A DNA stretch of 53,305 bases from Caproiciproducens sp. (GCA_036260545.1 DATAML010000048.1:1-53305), one strand, 5' to 3'. Shown: positions 1 to 8,903, counted from the first letter of the stretch. The notes: generated from the letters alone by a model not told the origin. Program-made: numbers and translations.

Positions 1-207
1 GATATCAACCTGAATTCAATCATGAAGCTCTTTACCGTGATTACGGCGATCTTTTTGCCGCTGACGCTTCTGGTGGGATGGTACGGGATGAACTTTAAGA
101 ATATGCCGGAGCTTTCCTGGCCGTACGGTTATTACGTCGCGATTGCCATTTCAGTCCTGTTTGTAGCAGGAAGTATTTGGTTCTTTAAAAAGCGCAAAAT
201 CCTATAA
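1..207 (+). CDS. corA: Magnesium/cobalt transporter CorA, C-terminal fragment (5' end outside window)
   Basis: The frame is open from base 1. The translation [37 protein letters not shown] carries the CorA signature YGMNF followed by a second TM helix. Confidence 0.85.
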   Translation, partial: DINLNSIMKLFTVITAIFLPLTLLVGWYGMNFKNMPELSWPYGYYVAIAISVLFVAGSIWFFKKRKIL

Positions 208-217
208 AAAAAGAAAA

Positions 218-249
218 GAGCCGCATATGCAATGGCGCATATGCGGCTC
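218..249. terminator. Bidirectional stem-loop between convergent corA and hsp20
   Basis: gagccgcatatgc (218-230) pairs with gcatatgcggctc (237-249) as a 13-bp perfect stem. An A-rich run lies upstream, which reads as a T-run on the minus strand. Confidence 0.6.
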
Positions 250-269
250 AAGCCTTGTCTTATACCGGC

Positions 270-695
270 TTATTTTATTTCGATCTGGCGTGTCGGCGGA
301 ACAACGTTTGCCTTCTTGGGAAGTTCAAGCTCAAGAACGCCCTTTTCGTAGCTTGCTTTGATCTTATCGGCATCGATATTTGAAATATCGAAGCTTCTGG
401 TCAAAGCGCCGTACCTTCTTTCCTGACGGATATAATCCTTGCTGTCGTCCTTGGTTTCTTCGCTGTGTTCGGCGGTGAGGGTCAGCCTTTCTCCGTCCAC
501 ATCGATATGGATATCGGATTTGTCAAAGCCGGGCATGTCGGCTCTGAGAATGAATTTGTCACCCTTGTCGAGAATATCAGTGCGGCAGGGGGTCAACTCC
601 TTTTCCATGTCGCCGAAGAAATCCCGGTTCATCCTGTTGAAGTAATCAAACAGGCTGCTGTTTCTGTTTTCAAAAGGAATCAAATCAAACATCAT
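270..695 (-). CDS. Hsp20/alpha-crystallin family small heat-shock protein
   Basis: An alpha-crystallin domain is present (FILRADMPGF...GERLTLTAEH...GVLELELPK). The ORF-track TTG at 707 lies inside the GGAGG RBS (701-705 complement), so the first ATG at 695 is the likely start. Confidence 0.9.
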   Translation of the reverse strand: MMFDLIPFENRNSSLFDYFNRMNRDFFGDMEKELTPCRTDILDKGDKFILRADMPGFDKSDIHIDVDGERLTLTAEHSEETKDDSKDYIRQERRYGALTRSFDISNIDADKIKASYEKGVLELELPKKANVVPPTRQIEIK

Positions 696-818
696 CAAAA
701 CCTCCAATATTTTGTTTTAGATTGTTTTGGGAAGCTTTCCGCTTCTCTTTGTTTACAGCTTTATGATAGACGGGATATATGAAAAATATTTGGATCATTT
801 GCGAATAAATTGTTAATT

Positions 819-845
819 TTAGCACTCTAATTACGAGAGTGCTAA
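819..845. promoter_or_regulatory. CIRCE operator (HrcA binding site)
   Basis: ttagcactc-taattacga-gagtgctaa is an exact match to the CIRCE consensus TTAGCACTC-N9-GAGTGCTAA. It lies about 125 nt upstream of the hsp20 start on the minus strand. Confidence 0.85.
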
Positions 846-917
846 AATCAGAAGAAGGCCGGACAGGCTAGCTGCTTTAGCAGAATGAATAAAAATCGCT
901 TATATTTGAAATTAATA

Positions 918-946
918 TTGACAGATCCGTTCCAAAACGCTACAAT
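918..946 (+). promoter_or_regulatory. Sigma-A type promoter for the LacI-family regulator/deoBD transcript
   Basis: TTGACA (918-923), a 17-nt spacer, then TACAAT (941-946). Confidence 0.6.
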
Positions 947-956
947 AAGAGCGTAC

Positions 957-970
957 TGAAACCGCTTTCA
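957..970 (+). promoter_or_regulatory. cre-like / LacI-family operator just downstream of the -10
   Basis: TGAAACCGCTTTCA fits the CcpA cre consensus TGWAANCGNTNWCA at every constrained position. It is a 12/14 palindrome with a central CG. Confidence 0.5.
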
Positions 971-1010
971 TAATTGCAATTGGATTTTGTAAAGCGGCAG
1001 GAAAGATCTG

Positions 1011-2010
1011 GTGATGAGATTGTCACATATCAGTGATGTTGCAAAGCTGGCCGGCGTTTCACCTGCAACGGTGTCGCGCGTCATGAACGGTACGGCAAAG
1101 GTAAGCGAGGAAAAACTGAAGCGCGTACTGCAAGCAATTAATGAAACCGATTTCAAGCCGAATGAAATTGCCCGTTCCCTTTACAAAAAGTCTTCAAGAA
1201 TCATCGGATATATCGTTCCCAGTATCATGAATATCTTTCTGACTGAGATCGGCCGCGCGATTGAGGATGAGGCGTTTCAAAACGGTTATAAAATGATTTT
1301 ATGCAATTCCGATGAAAATCCGAAAAAAGAGATTGCCTATATCAATATGCTGTCTTCCATGAACGCGGACGGCATTATTATTACCGCAAACAACGAACAT
1401 CTGGACGAGGAGATACGCAGCTGCAGAATTCCGATCGTTGTGCTCGACAAAAAACGCGGGAACCAGCTACACCGCCTCCGTACAGTCCGATAACTACTCC
1501 GGCGGCCGTATCGCCGCGGAGCACCTCATCGAATGCGGCTGCAGGCATATCGTGCTGATGCGGGGCCCGCAGAAATATTCCAGCAGCCAGCAGCGCTTTT
1601 TGGGCTATGTGGATGTCTGCAACGAGCACGGAATTCAGCCGCTTTTTATTAACAGCCGGTACAGTTTTCTTGACGGGATTGAATGCTCCCGGGAACTCCT
1701 GCAGCGCTTTCCGAATGTGGACGGCATTCTGGCTTCCACCGATATGGTAGCTCTTTCGCTCTACAAGGTCCTTTGCGAACAGGGCAGGCGCGTCCCGGAT
1801 GAGATCATGATCGTGGGGTATGACGGGCTGGAACTGAGCGAGCTGATGACCCCCGCGCTGACCACGGTTGTGCAGCCGATTGAACAGATCGGGCGGCTTG
1901 CGGCAAAGCTGATTATCAATCAGGTAGCGAATAATGAGATCAAACAGCGGGAAAACATATTGCCCGTATCCCTTAAAATACGCCAGACTACAAGGCGTAT
2001 CACTGAATAA
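1011..2010 (+). pseudogene. LacI/PurR-family transcriptional regulator, interrupted by a +1 frameshift near an A6 run (1449-1454)
   Basis: ORF 1011-1493 encodes the HTH (MRLSHISDVAKLAGVSPATVSRVMNG) and the start of the sugar-binding fold. ORF 1438-2010, in the +1 frame, continues it (SVQSDNYSGGRIAAEHLIECGCRHIVLMRGP...). Deleting one A restores VVLDKNAGTSYTASVQSDN. Confidence 0.8.
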
Positions 2011-2034
2011 ATCACTTCAGAAGGAAGAATGAAT

Positions 2035-3219
2035 ATGCAGAAACGTGTTTTTTTAATCGTGCTTGACAGCGTGGGCATCGGCGAAGAACCCGACGCGGCG
2101 GAGTACGGCGACGAGGGCAGCAATACGCTGGCCGCGGCCGCAACAAGTAAATATTTTGATATGCCGAACATGCGGGAACTGGGGCTCTTCAACATCGACG
2201 GCGTTACCTGCCGCCCAAAGGCGGAGCATCCTCTTGCCGCTTTCGCCAGAATGCGGGAGATATCCAAAGGGAAAGATACAACCATCGGCCACTGGGAGAT
2301 TGCGGGCATCCATTCGCCAGAGCCGCTTCCCACGTATCCGCAGGGTTTTCCGCAGGAGGTCATCCGTGAATTTGAGGAAAAGACGGGACGCCGTGTAATC
2401 TGCAACAAACCGTATTCCGGCACCGATGTGATTCGCGATTACGGCAAAGAACATGTGGAAACCGGCGCGCTTATCGTCTATACTTCGGCGGACAGCGTGT
2501 TCCAGATTGCCGCGCACGAAAGTGTGGTTCCGATTGAAGAACTGTACCGCTGCTGCCAGATTGCGCGGGATATGCTGGTTGGAAAGCACGGCGTGGGCAG
2601 GGTAATCGCAAGGCCGTTTACCGGAACCTTCCCGAATTTCACCCGCACGACGAACCGGCATGACTTTTCGCTTCTGCCGCCCAACACAACCATGCTGGAC
2701 CAGCTTACGGAAGACAAATTCGATGTGATCGCCGTGGGCAAGATCAACGATATCTTCGCGGGCAGGGGAGTCGGAAGGACGATCCGGACAAAGGGGAACG
2801 AAGAGGGAATCGAGCGCACGATCGAGCTTACAAAAGAAGATTTCAACGGTCTGTGCTTTGTCAATCTGGTGGACTACGATATGCTGTACGGTCACCGGAA
2901 CGATGTGGACGGCTACGCGAAGGCGCTGACCTATTTTGACCGCAGGCTGCCGGAAATTCTGCAAGGGCTGAGGGAAGACGACCTGTTCATGGTTACGGCG
3001 GACCACGGCTGCGACCCGCTTACGCCCTCCACCGACCACTCGCGTGAATATACCCCCTGGGTAATTTACGGCAAAAACGTAGTACCCGGCACAAATCTGG
3101 GTACCCGCCCCACTTTTGCCGATATCGCCGCTACCATTTTGGATTATTTCGGCATTGCGCCCAGGATTACCGGGACAACGCAGTTGAAGAAATTTGTGAA
3201 ACAGGATAAGGAGAAATAA
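2035..3219 (+). CDS. deoB: Phosphopentomutase
   Basis: MQKRVFLIVLDSVGIGEEPDAAEYGDEGSNTL...TADHGCDP is typical DeoB. The RBS gaaggaag (2020-2027) favours the ATG at 2035 over the one at 2029. Confidence 0.95.
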   Translation: MQKRVFLIVLDSVGIGEEPDAAEYGDEGSNTLAAAATSKYFDMPNMRELGLFNIDGVTCRPKAEHPLAAFARMREISKGKDTTIGHWEIAGIHSPEPLPTYPQGFPQEVIREFEEKTGRRVICNKPYSGTDVIRDYGKEHVETGALIVYTSADSVFQIAAHESVVPIEELYRCCQIARDMLVGKHGVGRVIARPFTGTFPNFTRTTNRHDFSLLPPNTTMLDQLTEDKFDVIAVGKINDIFAGRGVGRTIRTKGNEEGIERTIELTKEDFNGLCFVNLVDYDMLYGHRNDVDGYAKALTYFDRRLPEILQGLREDDLFMVTADHGCDPLTPSTDHSREYTPWVIYGKNVVPGTNLGTRPTFADIAATILDYFGIAPRITGTTQLKKFVKQDKEK

Positions 3220-3222
3220 ATT

Positions 3223-3933
3223 ATGGAACTGGCACCAACACCCCACAACGGGGCAAAACTCGGAGAAATCGCAAAAACCGTACTGATGCCCGGCGACCCG
3301 CTTCGGGCAAAGTTTATTGCGGATACTTATCTTACCGATACCGTTTGTTTTAACACCGTGCGCAATATGCTCGGCTATACGGGGAATTATAAAGGCAAAC
3401 GCGTGTCCGTCATGGGCGGTGGCATGGGAATGCCTTCCGTCGGAATTTACACCTATGAGCTTTTTAATTTCTACGATGTGGACAATATCATCCGCATTGG
3501 CTCGGCCGGCGGAATCGGCGACGGCGTTCATGTGCGCGACGTGGTCATCGGGATGGGGGCGTGCACCAATTCCAATTATGCCGCCCAGTACAATCTGCCC
3601 GGCACCTTTGCGCCGATTGCCAGTTACGGACTTTTAAGCCGTGCGGTAAAGGCTGCGGAAGAACTGAAAATCAAGACGGTCGTCGGCAATGTTCTTTCTT
3701 CCGATACGTTCTATGATGACAACGAGAATTCCTTGAAAACGTGGAAGAAAATGGGCGTTTGCGCAGTGGAAATGGAAGCGGCCGCACTTTATATGAACGC
3801 CGCAAAGGCGGGGAAAAACGCACTTTGCATTCTCACGATTTCTGACTGCCCGCTTTCCGGCGAATCGCTTTCCGCTATTGAACGCCAGACCGGCTTTACG
3901 CAGATGATGGAAATTGCCCTTTCCCTTGCCTGA
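3223..3933 (+). CDS. deoD: Purine nucleoside phosphorylase (DeoD type)
   Basis: [29 protein letters not shown]...[12 protein letters not shown] is the hexameric PNP family. AAGGAG RBS at about 3207. Confidence 0.95.
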   Translation: MELAPTPHNGAKLGEIAKTVLMPGDPLRAKFIADTYLTDTVCFNTVRNMLGYTGNYKGKRVSVMGGGMGMPSVGIYTYELFNFYDVDNIIRIGSAGGIGDGVHVRDVVIGMGACTNSNYAAQYNLPGTFAPIASYGLLSRAVKAAEELKIKTVVGNVLSSDTFYDDNENSLKTWKKMGVCAVEMEAAALYMNAAKAGKNALCILTISDCPLSGESLSAIERQTGFTQMMEIALSLA

Positions 3934-4055
3934 TTCTTTGAAAGCCGTTCCTGGGTCCGGTTTTGAGGGCGGGTATGCGCGTGCTTTTCCGCCGTATGCA
4001 GAATTTGCCTCGGGCTTATCCAAATGATTGCTTGCTTCCTTCCTGCATTCTGCAG

Positions 4056-4084
4056 TTGATTAATATTATAAAATGAAGTAAAAT
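4056..4084 (+). promoter_or_regulatory. Sigma-A type promoter for the nucleoside ABC importer operon
   Basis: TTGATT (4056-4061), a 17-nt spacer, then TAAAAT (4079-4084). Confidence 0.5.
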
Positions 4085-4096
4085 AATAAGCTGGAA

Positions 4097-4118
4097 TAAT
4101 ACCACGCCCGTGGTATTA
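4097..4118. promoter_or_regulatory. Perfect 10-2-10 inverted repeat (candidate operator or 5'-terminal mRNA hairpin)
   Basis: TAATACCACG-CC-CGTGGTATTA. It starts about 13 nt after the putative -10 and ends 34 nt before the BMP lipoprotein ATG. Confidence 0.4.
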
Positions 4119-4151
4119 ATATATCCAAAACATAATTTAGGAGGAAAAACT

Positions 4152-5267
4152 ATGAAGAAGATTGTAGCTCTATTGCTCGCAGTCGTAATGGCAGCTTCCG
4201 CAACCGCGTGCTCATCCGGTGCGCCTGCATCCAGCGCGGCGGCAGCCAGCAGCGCGGCAGCCAGCACTGCAGCGGCTTCCGAAGCAGCGAGCCAGGCTGA
4301 AGCATCGTCCACGGCAGCAAAAGCAGATTTTAAGGTGTCTATGGTAACAGATACCGGCGGTGTAAATGACCAGTCCTTCAACCAGTCCGCCTGGGAAGGT
4401 CTGCAGCAGTTCTCCAAGGATACCGGTGCTCCTGTAAAATACACGGAATCCAAGCAGCAGACAGACTATGCCACCAACCTTGACAAGGCTGCCGACGACG
4501 GCAACAATCTTATCTGGGGTATCGGCTTCGCTATGGCGGATGCTATCACAAACGCAGCGAAGAACAATCCGGAAATCAGCTATGCAATCATTGATAACGC
4601 TTACGAGAAGACACCGTCCAACGTAACGGGCGTTGTATTCCGTGCGCAGGAGCCATCCTTCCTGGTTGGCTACATTGCGGCTAAAACGACAAAGACCAAT
4701 AAAGTCGGTTTTGTCGGCGGCATGACCAGCGCGGTGATCGACCAGTTCGAGTACGGCTATAAAGCCGGCGTTGCTTACGGAGCCAAAGAGCTCGGCAAGA
4801 AGATCACCGTTGACGCTCAGTACGCGGAAAGCTTCTCCGATGCGGCAAAGGGCAAGGCAATTGCGCAGAAGATGTTCTCCGGCGGATGCGATATCGTATT
4901 CCACGCAGCCGGCGGTGTTGGCCAGGGCGTTATCGAAGCGGCCAAGGAAGCAAACAAGTATGCGATCGGCGTTGACCGTGATCAGGCTTACCTTGCTCCG
5001 AAGAATGTTCTTACCTCCGCTATGAAGCTTGTAAACAAAGCGATTCAGCTCGTTTCCAAGGATGCTCTTGACGGAAAAGAAATCGGCGGCAAAACCTACA
5101 CCTACGGCCTTACCGAGGACGCAGTGGGCATCCCGACCGAGCACAGCCTCATGGGCGACGATACGTATAACGCAGCAATGGCTCTGGAAGGCAAAATTAA
5201 GGATAAGACCATTACGCCTCCTGCTAACAAGGAAGAGTATAAAAAGTTTGAGGCTACCCTGAAATAA
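4152..5267 (+). CDS. BMP-family (PnrA/TmpC-like) nucleoside ABC transporter substrate-binding lipoprotein
   Basis: MKKIVALLLAVVMAASATAC is a lipoprotein signal with a lipobox Cys, followed by an Ala/Ser-rich linker. The BMP fold follows (VSMVTDTGGVNDQSFNQSAWEG...GVDRDQ). GGAGGA RBS before the ATG at 4152. Confidence 0.9.
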   Translation: MKKIVALLLAVVMAASATACSSGAPASSAAAASSAAASTAAASEAASQAEASSTAAKADFKVSMVTDTGGVNDQSFNQSAWEGLQQFSKDTGAPVKYTESKQQTDYATNLDKAADDGNNLIWGIGFAMADAITNAAKNNPEISYAIIDNAYEKTPSNVTGVVFRAQEPSFLVGYIAAKTTKTNKVGFVGGMTSAVIDQFEYGYKAGVAYGAKELGKKITVDAQYAESFSDAAKGKAIAQKMFSGGCDIVFHAAGGVGQGVIEAAKEANKYAIGVDRDQAYLAPKNVLTSAMKLVNKAIQLVSKDALDGKEIGGKTYTYGLTEDAVGIPTEHSLMGDDTYNAAMALEGKIKDKTITPPANKEEYKKFEATLK

Positions 5268-5302
5268 TTATCCGGCAATCCCATTTATCGGTCTCTTAAG
5301 CA

Positions 5303-5333
5303 CAGCGGGGCGTACATTTGTTGCGCCCCGCTG
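5303..5333 (+). other. Intra-operon GC-rich stem-loop after the binding-protein gene
   Basis: cagcggggcg (5303-5312) pairs with cgccccgctg (5324-5333) as a 10-bp perfect stem. No T-run follows. Confidence 0.5.
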
Positions 5334-5373
5334 CGTATAAGGGAGCGTATTGAAAGCAAGGGGGTTTACATTA

Positions 5374-6924
5374 ATGGAAATCAGCAAGGAATACGCAGTG
5401 CAGATGCACGGCATTACTAAAATGTTCGGCACCTTCTGCGCTCTGGATCATGTGGATCTGGATGTGAAAAAAGGGTCCATCCACGCCATCCTGGGTGAAA
5501 ACGGCGCGGGAAAAAGCACACTGATGAATGTGCTTTACGGCCTGTATCAACCGGATGCAGGAGAAATTTACCTCAATGGGGAAAAGGTCAACATCAAAAA
5601 TCCGAATGTCGCAATCGAGCACGGCATCGGCATGGTTCACCAGCATTTTATGCTGGTTGATAATTTTACGGTTACGCAGAATATTATTCTTGGCAATGAG
5701 GTCACAAACAAATTTGGCGTTATAGATATGAAAAAAGCACGTGAGGAGATTCTTCAGATTGTAAAGAAGTACGGCCTCGAGGTTGATCCGGACTCTAAAA
5801 TCGAAGATATCACCGTTGGTATGCAGCAGCGTGTTGAGATATTGAAGGCACTTTATCGCGGCGTGGATCTGCTCATTCTGGATGAGCCGACCGCCGTGCT
5901 GACTCCGCAGGAAATCGAAGACCTGATCCAGATTATGCACAACCTGATTTCCGACGGAAAGACGATCATTATCATTACCCATAAGCTCAAGGAAATCAAG
6001 GCTTCGTCCGACGTCTGCACCATCATCCGCCGCGGCCAGTATGTCGACACCGTATCGGTTGCCGACGTGGACGAGGCTGCACTTGCCACCATGATGGTCG
6101 GCCACGCCGTCAAACTGGTGGTCGATAAAACCCCGGCTGTACCGGGCGACGTTGTATTCGAAATCGATCATCTGACCGTGAAGGATGAGCGTAAGCTTGA
6201 CGCGGTGAAAAATCTTTCGCTGAAGGTGCGCAAAGGTGAAATCGTAGGTGTTGCCGGAATCGATGGAAACGGGCAGAAAGAGCTTGTGGAGGCAATCACC
6301 TGCCTGACCAAAGCCGAAAGCGGCACCATTAAAATCAACGGTGCGGAAATCCAGAATACAACTCCCCGCAATGTAATCGACCATAAGATCTCCACCATCC
6401 ACGAAGACCGCCAGAGACGCGGCCTGGTGCTTCCGTTTACGGTTGCGGAAAACATGGTGATTGAAAAGTACCGTTCCAAACCTTACTGCAAGGGCGGAAT
6501 GCTGAACCGTAGCGAGATTTTGGCTTATACAAAGAACCTTATTCGAAATTACGATATCCGGCCGGACAACTGTGAGGAGCAGCCTGTGCGCGGTCTTTCC
6601 GGCGGCAACCAGCAGAAGGTCATCATCGCAAGGGAGATTTCAAACGAGCCCGACCTTTTGATCGCGGTTCAGCCGACCCGCGGCCTTGACGTCGGTGCCA
6701 TTGAATACGTACATAAAATGCTGATTCGTGAGCGGGACGCGGGCAAGGCAATCCTGCTGATTTCTCTGGAGCTTGATGAAGTTATGAATGTTGCCGATAC
6801 GATCGACGTGATTTATGCGGGCACTATTGTAGACAGCTTCAGGCAGGGCGAAGTCGACGAAAAAACAATCGGACTTTTGATGGCGGGAGGGAAGAAGAAT
6901 GAAGCTCTTAATCAAAATTCTTAG
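5374..6924 (+). CDS. Nucleoside/sugar ABC transporter ATP-binding protein (duplicated ATPase)
   Basis: Two ABC cassettes are present: GENGAGKST, LSGGNQQK and ILDEPT motifs. ATG at 5374 after AAGGGGG. Confidence 0.9.
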   Translation: MEISKEYAVQMHGITKMFGTFCALDHVDLDVKKGSIHAILGENGAGKSTLMNVLYGLYQPDAGEIYLNGEKVNIKNPNVAIEHGIGMVHQHFMLVDNFTVTQNIILGNEVTNKFGVIDMKKAREEILQIVKKYGLEVDPDSKIEDITVGMQQRVEILKALYRGVDLLILDEPTAVLTPQEIEDLIQIMHNLISDGKTIIIITHKLKEIKASSDVCTIIRRGQYVDTVSVADVDEAALATMMVGHAVKLVVDKTPAVPGDVVFEIDHLTVKDERKLDAVKNLSLKVRKGEIVGVAGIDGNGQKELVEAITCLTKAESGTIKINGAEIQNTTPRNVIDHKISTIHEDRQRRGLVLPFTVAENMVIEKYRSKPYCKGGMLNRSEILAYTKNLIRNYDIRPDNCEEQPVRGLSGGNQQKVIIAREISNEPDLLIAVQPTRGLDVGAIEYVHKMLIRERDAGKAILLISLELDEVMNVADTIDVIYAGTIVDSFRQGEVDEKTIGLLMAGGKKNEALNQNS

Positions 6925-8026
6925 AAAGCCGATTACCTCAACGCTGATCGCCATTCTGTTCGGTTTTATTGTGGCGGCAATCGTGCTTGCGGTAACGGGT
7001 TACAATCCGTGGCAGTCGTTTGGCGCGCTGTTCAACGGGATTTTTGGCAGGCCGAAGTATATCTCAAACGTGATCATCAAGGCAACGCCCATTATTTTAA
7101 CGGGTCTCAGCGTCGCGTTCGCATTTAAGACCGGTATGTTCAATATCGGCGCGGAAGGCCAGTACATAGTCGGTACGGTCGCCGCGGTCTGTGTCGGTGT
7201 AAAATGCAACTTTGCCGCGCCTATCCAGATTCCGCTTGTGGTTTTGTCAGGCGTTCTTGCCGGAGCGGTTTTTGGCGGCATTGTGGGATACCTCAAAGCA
7301 AAATTTGGCATCCATGAGGTTATTACCAGCATTATGCTGAACTGGATTGCGCTTTACCTTTCCAACTTTATCGTTAACACTCAGGCTTATCATGAGCCGA
7401 ACTCCACAAGCTCCTATGCCGTGAATCCTTCCGGCTTCACGATGCTGCTGCCGGACTGGAAGATTTCCAAAGCGGGGGTAGCCGCGCTGAAACCGAATAA
7501 ATGGCTGTATGAGGCGCTGGTTAAAACGGACGTGAATTTTGGCATTCTGGTTGCCGTGCTGATGGCGGTTCTGATTTCCATTCTGCTCAGCCGCTCCACC
7601 AAGGGCTACGAACTCCGTTCGGTCGGCTTTAACCGCGATGCGGCGGAATTCGCCGGCATCAACGTGAACCGCAACATTACGCAGGCAATGATTATTGCGG
7701 GCGCGCTTGCGGGGCTTGCGGGCGCGCTGGCCATTACGGGAACCGCGCCGCACAAGATTTCCACCATGGCCGCATTTGAAAATAACGGGTTCAACGGGCT
7801 TTCTGTTGCACTGATTGCCGGTTCTTCACCGGTAGGCTGCATTTTCGCCGGGCTGCTGTTCGGCGGCCTGCTTTACGGCGGCCAAAGCGTTCAGCAGGAA
7901 GTCGGCGCACCGACGGAAATTATCAATATCATGATCGGAACGATCGTGTTCTTTGTGGCGCTTACCAAGGTTGTACCTTTGTTTGCGGACAGACTGGAAA
8001 AGAGAGGTGCGAACCATGCAAAATAA
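6899..8026 (+). CDS. ABC transporter permease (nucleoside importer, first permease)
   Basis: A polytopic membrane protein of the branched-chain/ribose-type permease family. Its start overlaps the ATPase gene end. Confidence 0.9.
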   Translation: MKLLIKILRKPITSTLIAILFGFIVAAIVLAVTGYNPWQSFGALFNGIFGRPKYISNVIIKATPIILTGLSVAFAFKTGMFNIGAEGQYIVGTVAAVCVGVKCNFAAPIQIPLVVLSGVLAGAVFGGIVGYLKAKFGIHEVITSIMLNWIALYLSNFIVNTQAYHEPNSTSSYAVNPSGFTMLLPDWKISKAGVAALKPNKWLYEALVKTDVNFGILVAVLMAVLISILLSRSTKGYELRSVGFNRDAAEFAGINVNRNITQAMIIAGALAGLAGALAITGTAPHKISTMAAFENNGFNGLSVALIAGSSPVGCIFAGLLFGGLLYGGQSVQQEVGAPTEIINIMIGTIVFFVALTKVVPLFADRLEKRGANHAK

Positions 8027-8903
8027 ACTGGATATTCTGCTGTTGATCGGCATTACCCTGATGTATGCCACACCGCTGATTTTCGGCTCCCTCGGCGGAG
8101 TGATTTCCGAACGCTCCGGTGTTGTGAATATCGGTATTGAAGGAATGATGACCGTAGGAGCTTTTACCGGCGCCGCAGTCAGCTATTTTACCGGTAATCC
8201 GTGGCTCGGTTTTCTGGCGGCAGGCGCTACAGGCGGACTTACCGCGCTGCTTCATGCCGTCGCTTCCATTACGTTCAAGGCAGACCAGACGATTTCCGGT
8301 ATCGCCATTAACTTGATTGGCCCCGGCTTTGCGCTGTTCTTCTGCCGACTGCTGTTTGACAACGCTACCATGACAAAGCCGGCCAATACGCTTCCTAAGC
8401 TATTCAATATCGATATAACGGTTATCCTTGCGCTGATTTGTGCTGCCGGTCTTTGGTTTTTCCTCTACAAAACAAAGTGGGGACTTCATGTGCGTGCGGT
8501 CGGTGAGCACCCCGCGGCGGCGGATACGCTCGGCATCAACGTCATCCGCACCCGCTATCTCTGTGTGATTTTTTCCGGCATTTTTGCGGGCTTTGGCGGT
8601 GCGTCCATGACGCTGGCCATTGTTTCTCAGTTTACTCCCACCGCCATCAGCGGGCAGGGCTTTATTGCGCTGGCGGCAGTCATTTTTGGAAAATGGACTC
8701 CATGGGGTGCCTACGGAGCTTGTATGCTTTTTGGTTTTGCTCAGGCTCTCACCGTTGTTCTGGGCGGCGGCAATTTTGCCGTACCGTCGCAGATTCTGGC
8801 AATGCTGCCGTATATCCTTACCATCGTCGTCCTTATCCTGTTTGTAGGCCGTTCGGTTGCTCCTAAGGAAGATGGCGTACCTTACGAGAAAGGTGCAAGA
8901 TAA
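8016..8903 (+). CDS. ABC transporter permease (nucleoside importer, second permease)
   Basis: MQNKLDILLLIGITLMYATPLIFGSLGGVISERSGVVNIGIEGMM is the typical N-terminus. The ATG at 8016 overlaps the upstream permease stop by 11 nt. Confidence 0.9.
   Translation: MQNKLDILLLIGITLMYATPLIFGSLGGVISERSGVVNIGIEGMMTVGAFTGAAVSYFTGNPWLGFLAAGATGGLTALLHAVASITFKADQTISGIAINLIGPGFALFFCRLLFDNATMTKPANTLPKLFNIDITVILALICAAGLWFFLYKTKWGLHVRAVGEHPAAADTLGINVIRTRYLCVIFSGIFAGFGGASMTLAIVSQFTPTAISGQGFIALAAVIFGKWTPWGAYGACMLFGFAQALTVVLGGGNFAVPSQILAMLPYILTIVVLILFVGRSVAPKEDGVPYEKGAR

Noticed and set aside
708-818. Attempts to assign a -35/-10 promoter for hsp20, and sporulation-sigma-type promoters for the small gene at 48370-48535.
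   Set aside because: Only weak hexamers are present (for example TTCGCA-17-TCATAT, and a CATATAA element upstream of 48369). Nothing rises above what is expected by chance in AT-rich spacers, so no promoter was called.
2053-3531. Very long antisense ORFs opposite well-supported genes: 2053-3531 (492 aa), 5371-6402, 16029-16913, 21576-22526, 40671-42176 (501 aa), 50038-50919 and 51673-52359.
   Set aside because: Their translations are Arg/Ala/Gly/His-rich with no recognisable motifs and no RBS. Each lies fully inside a strongly conserved gene on the other strand (deoB/deoD, the ABC ATPase, the beta-CASP gene, the activase, typA, gltX, glnS). They are shadow ORFs typical of GC-biased codon usage.
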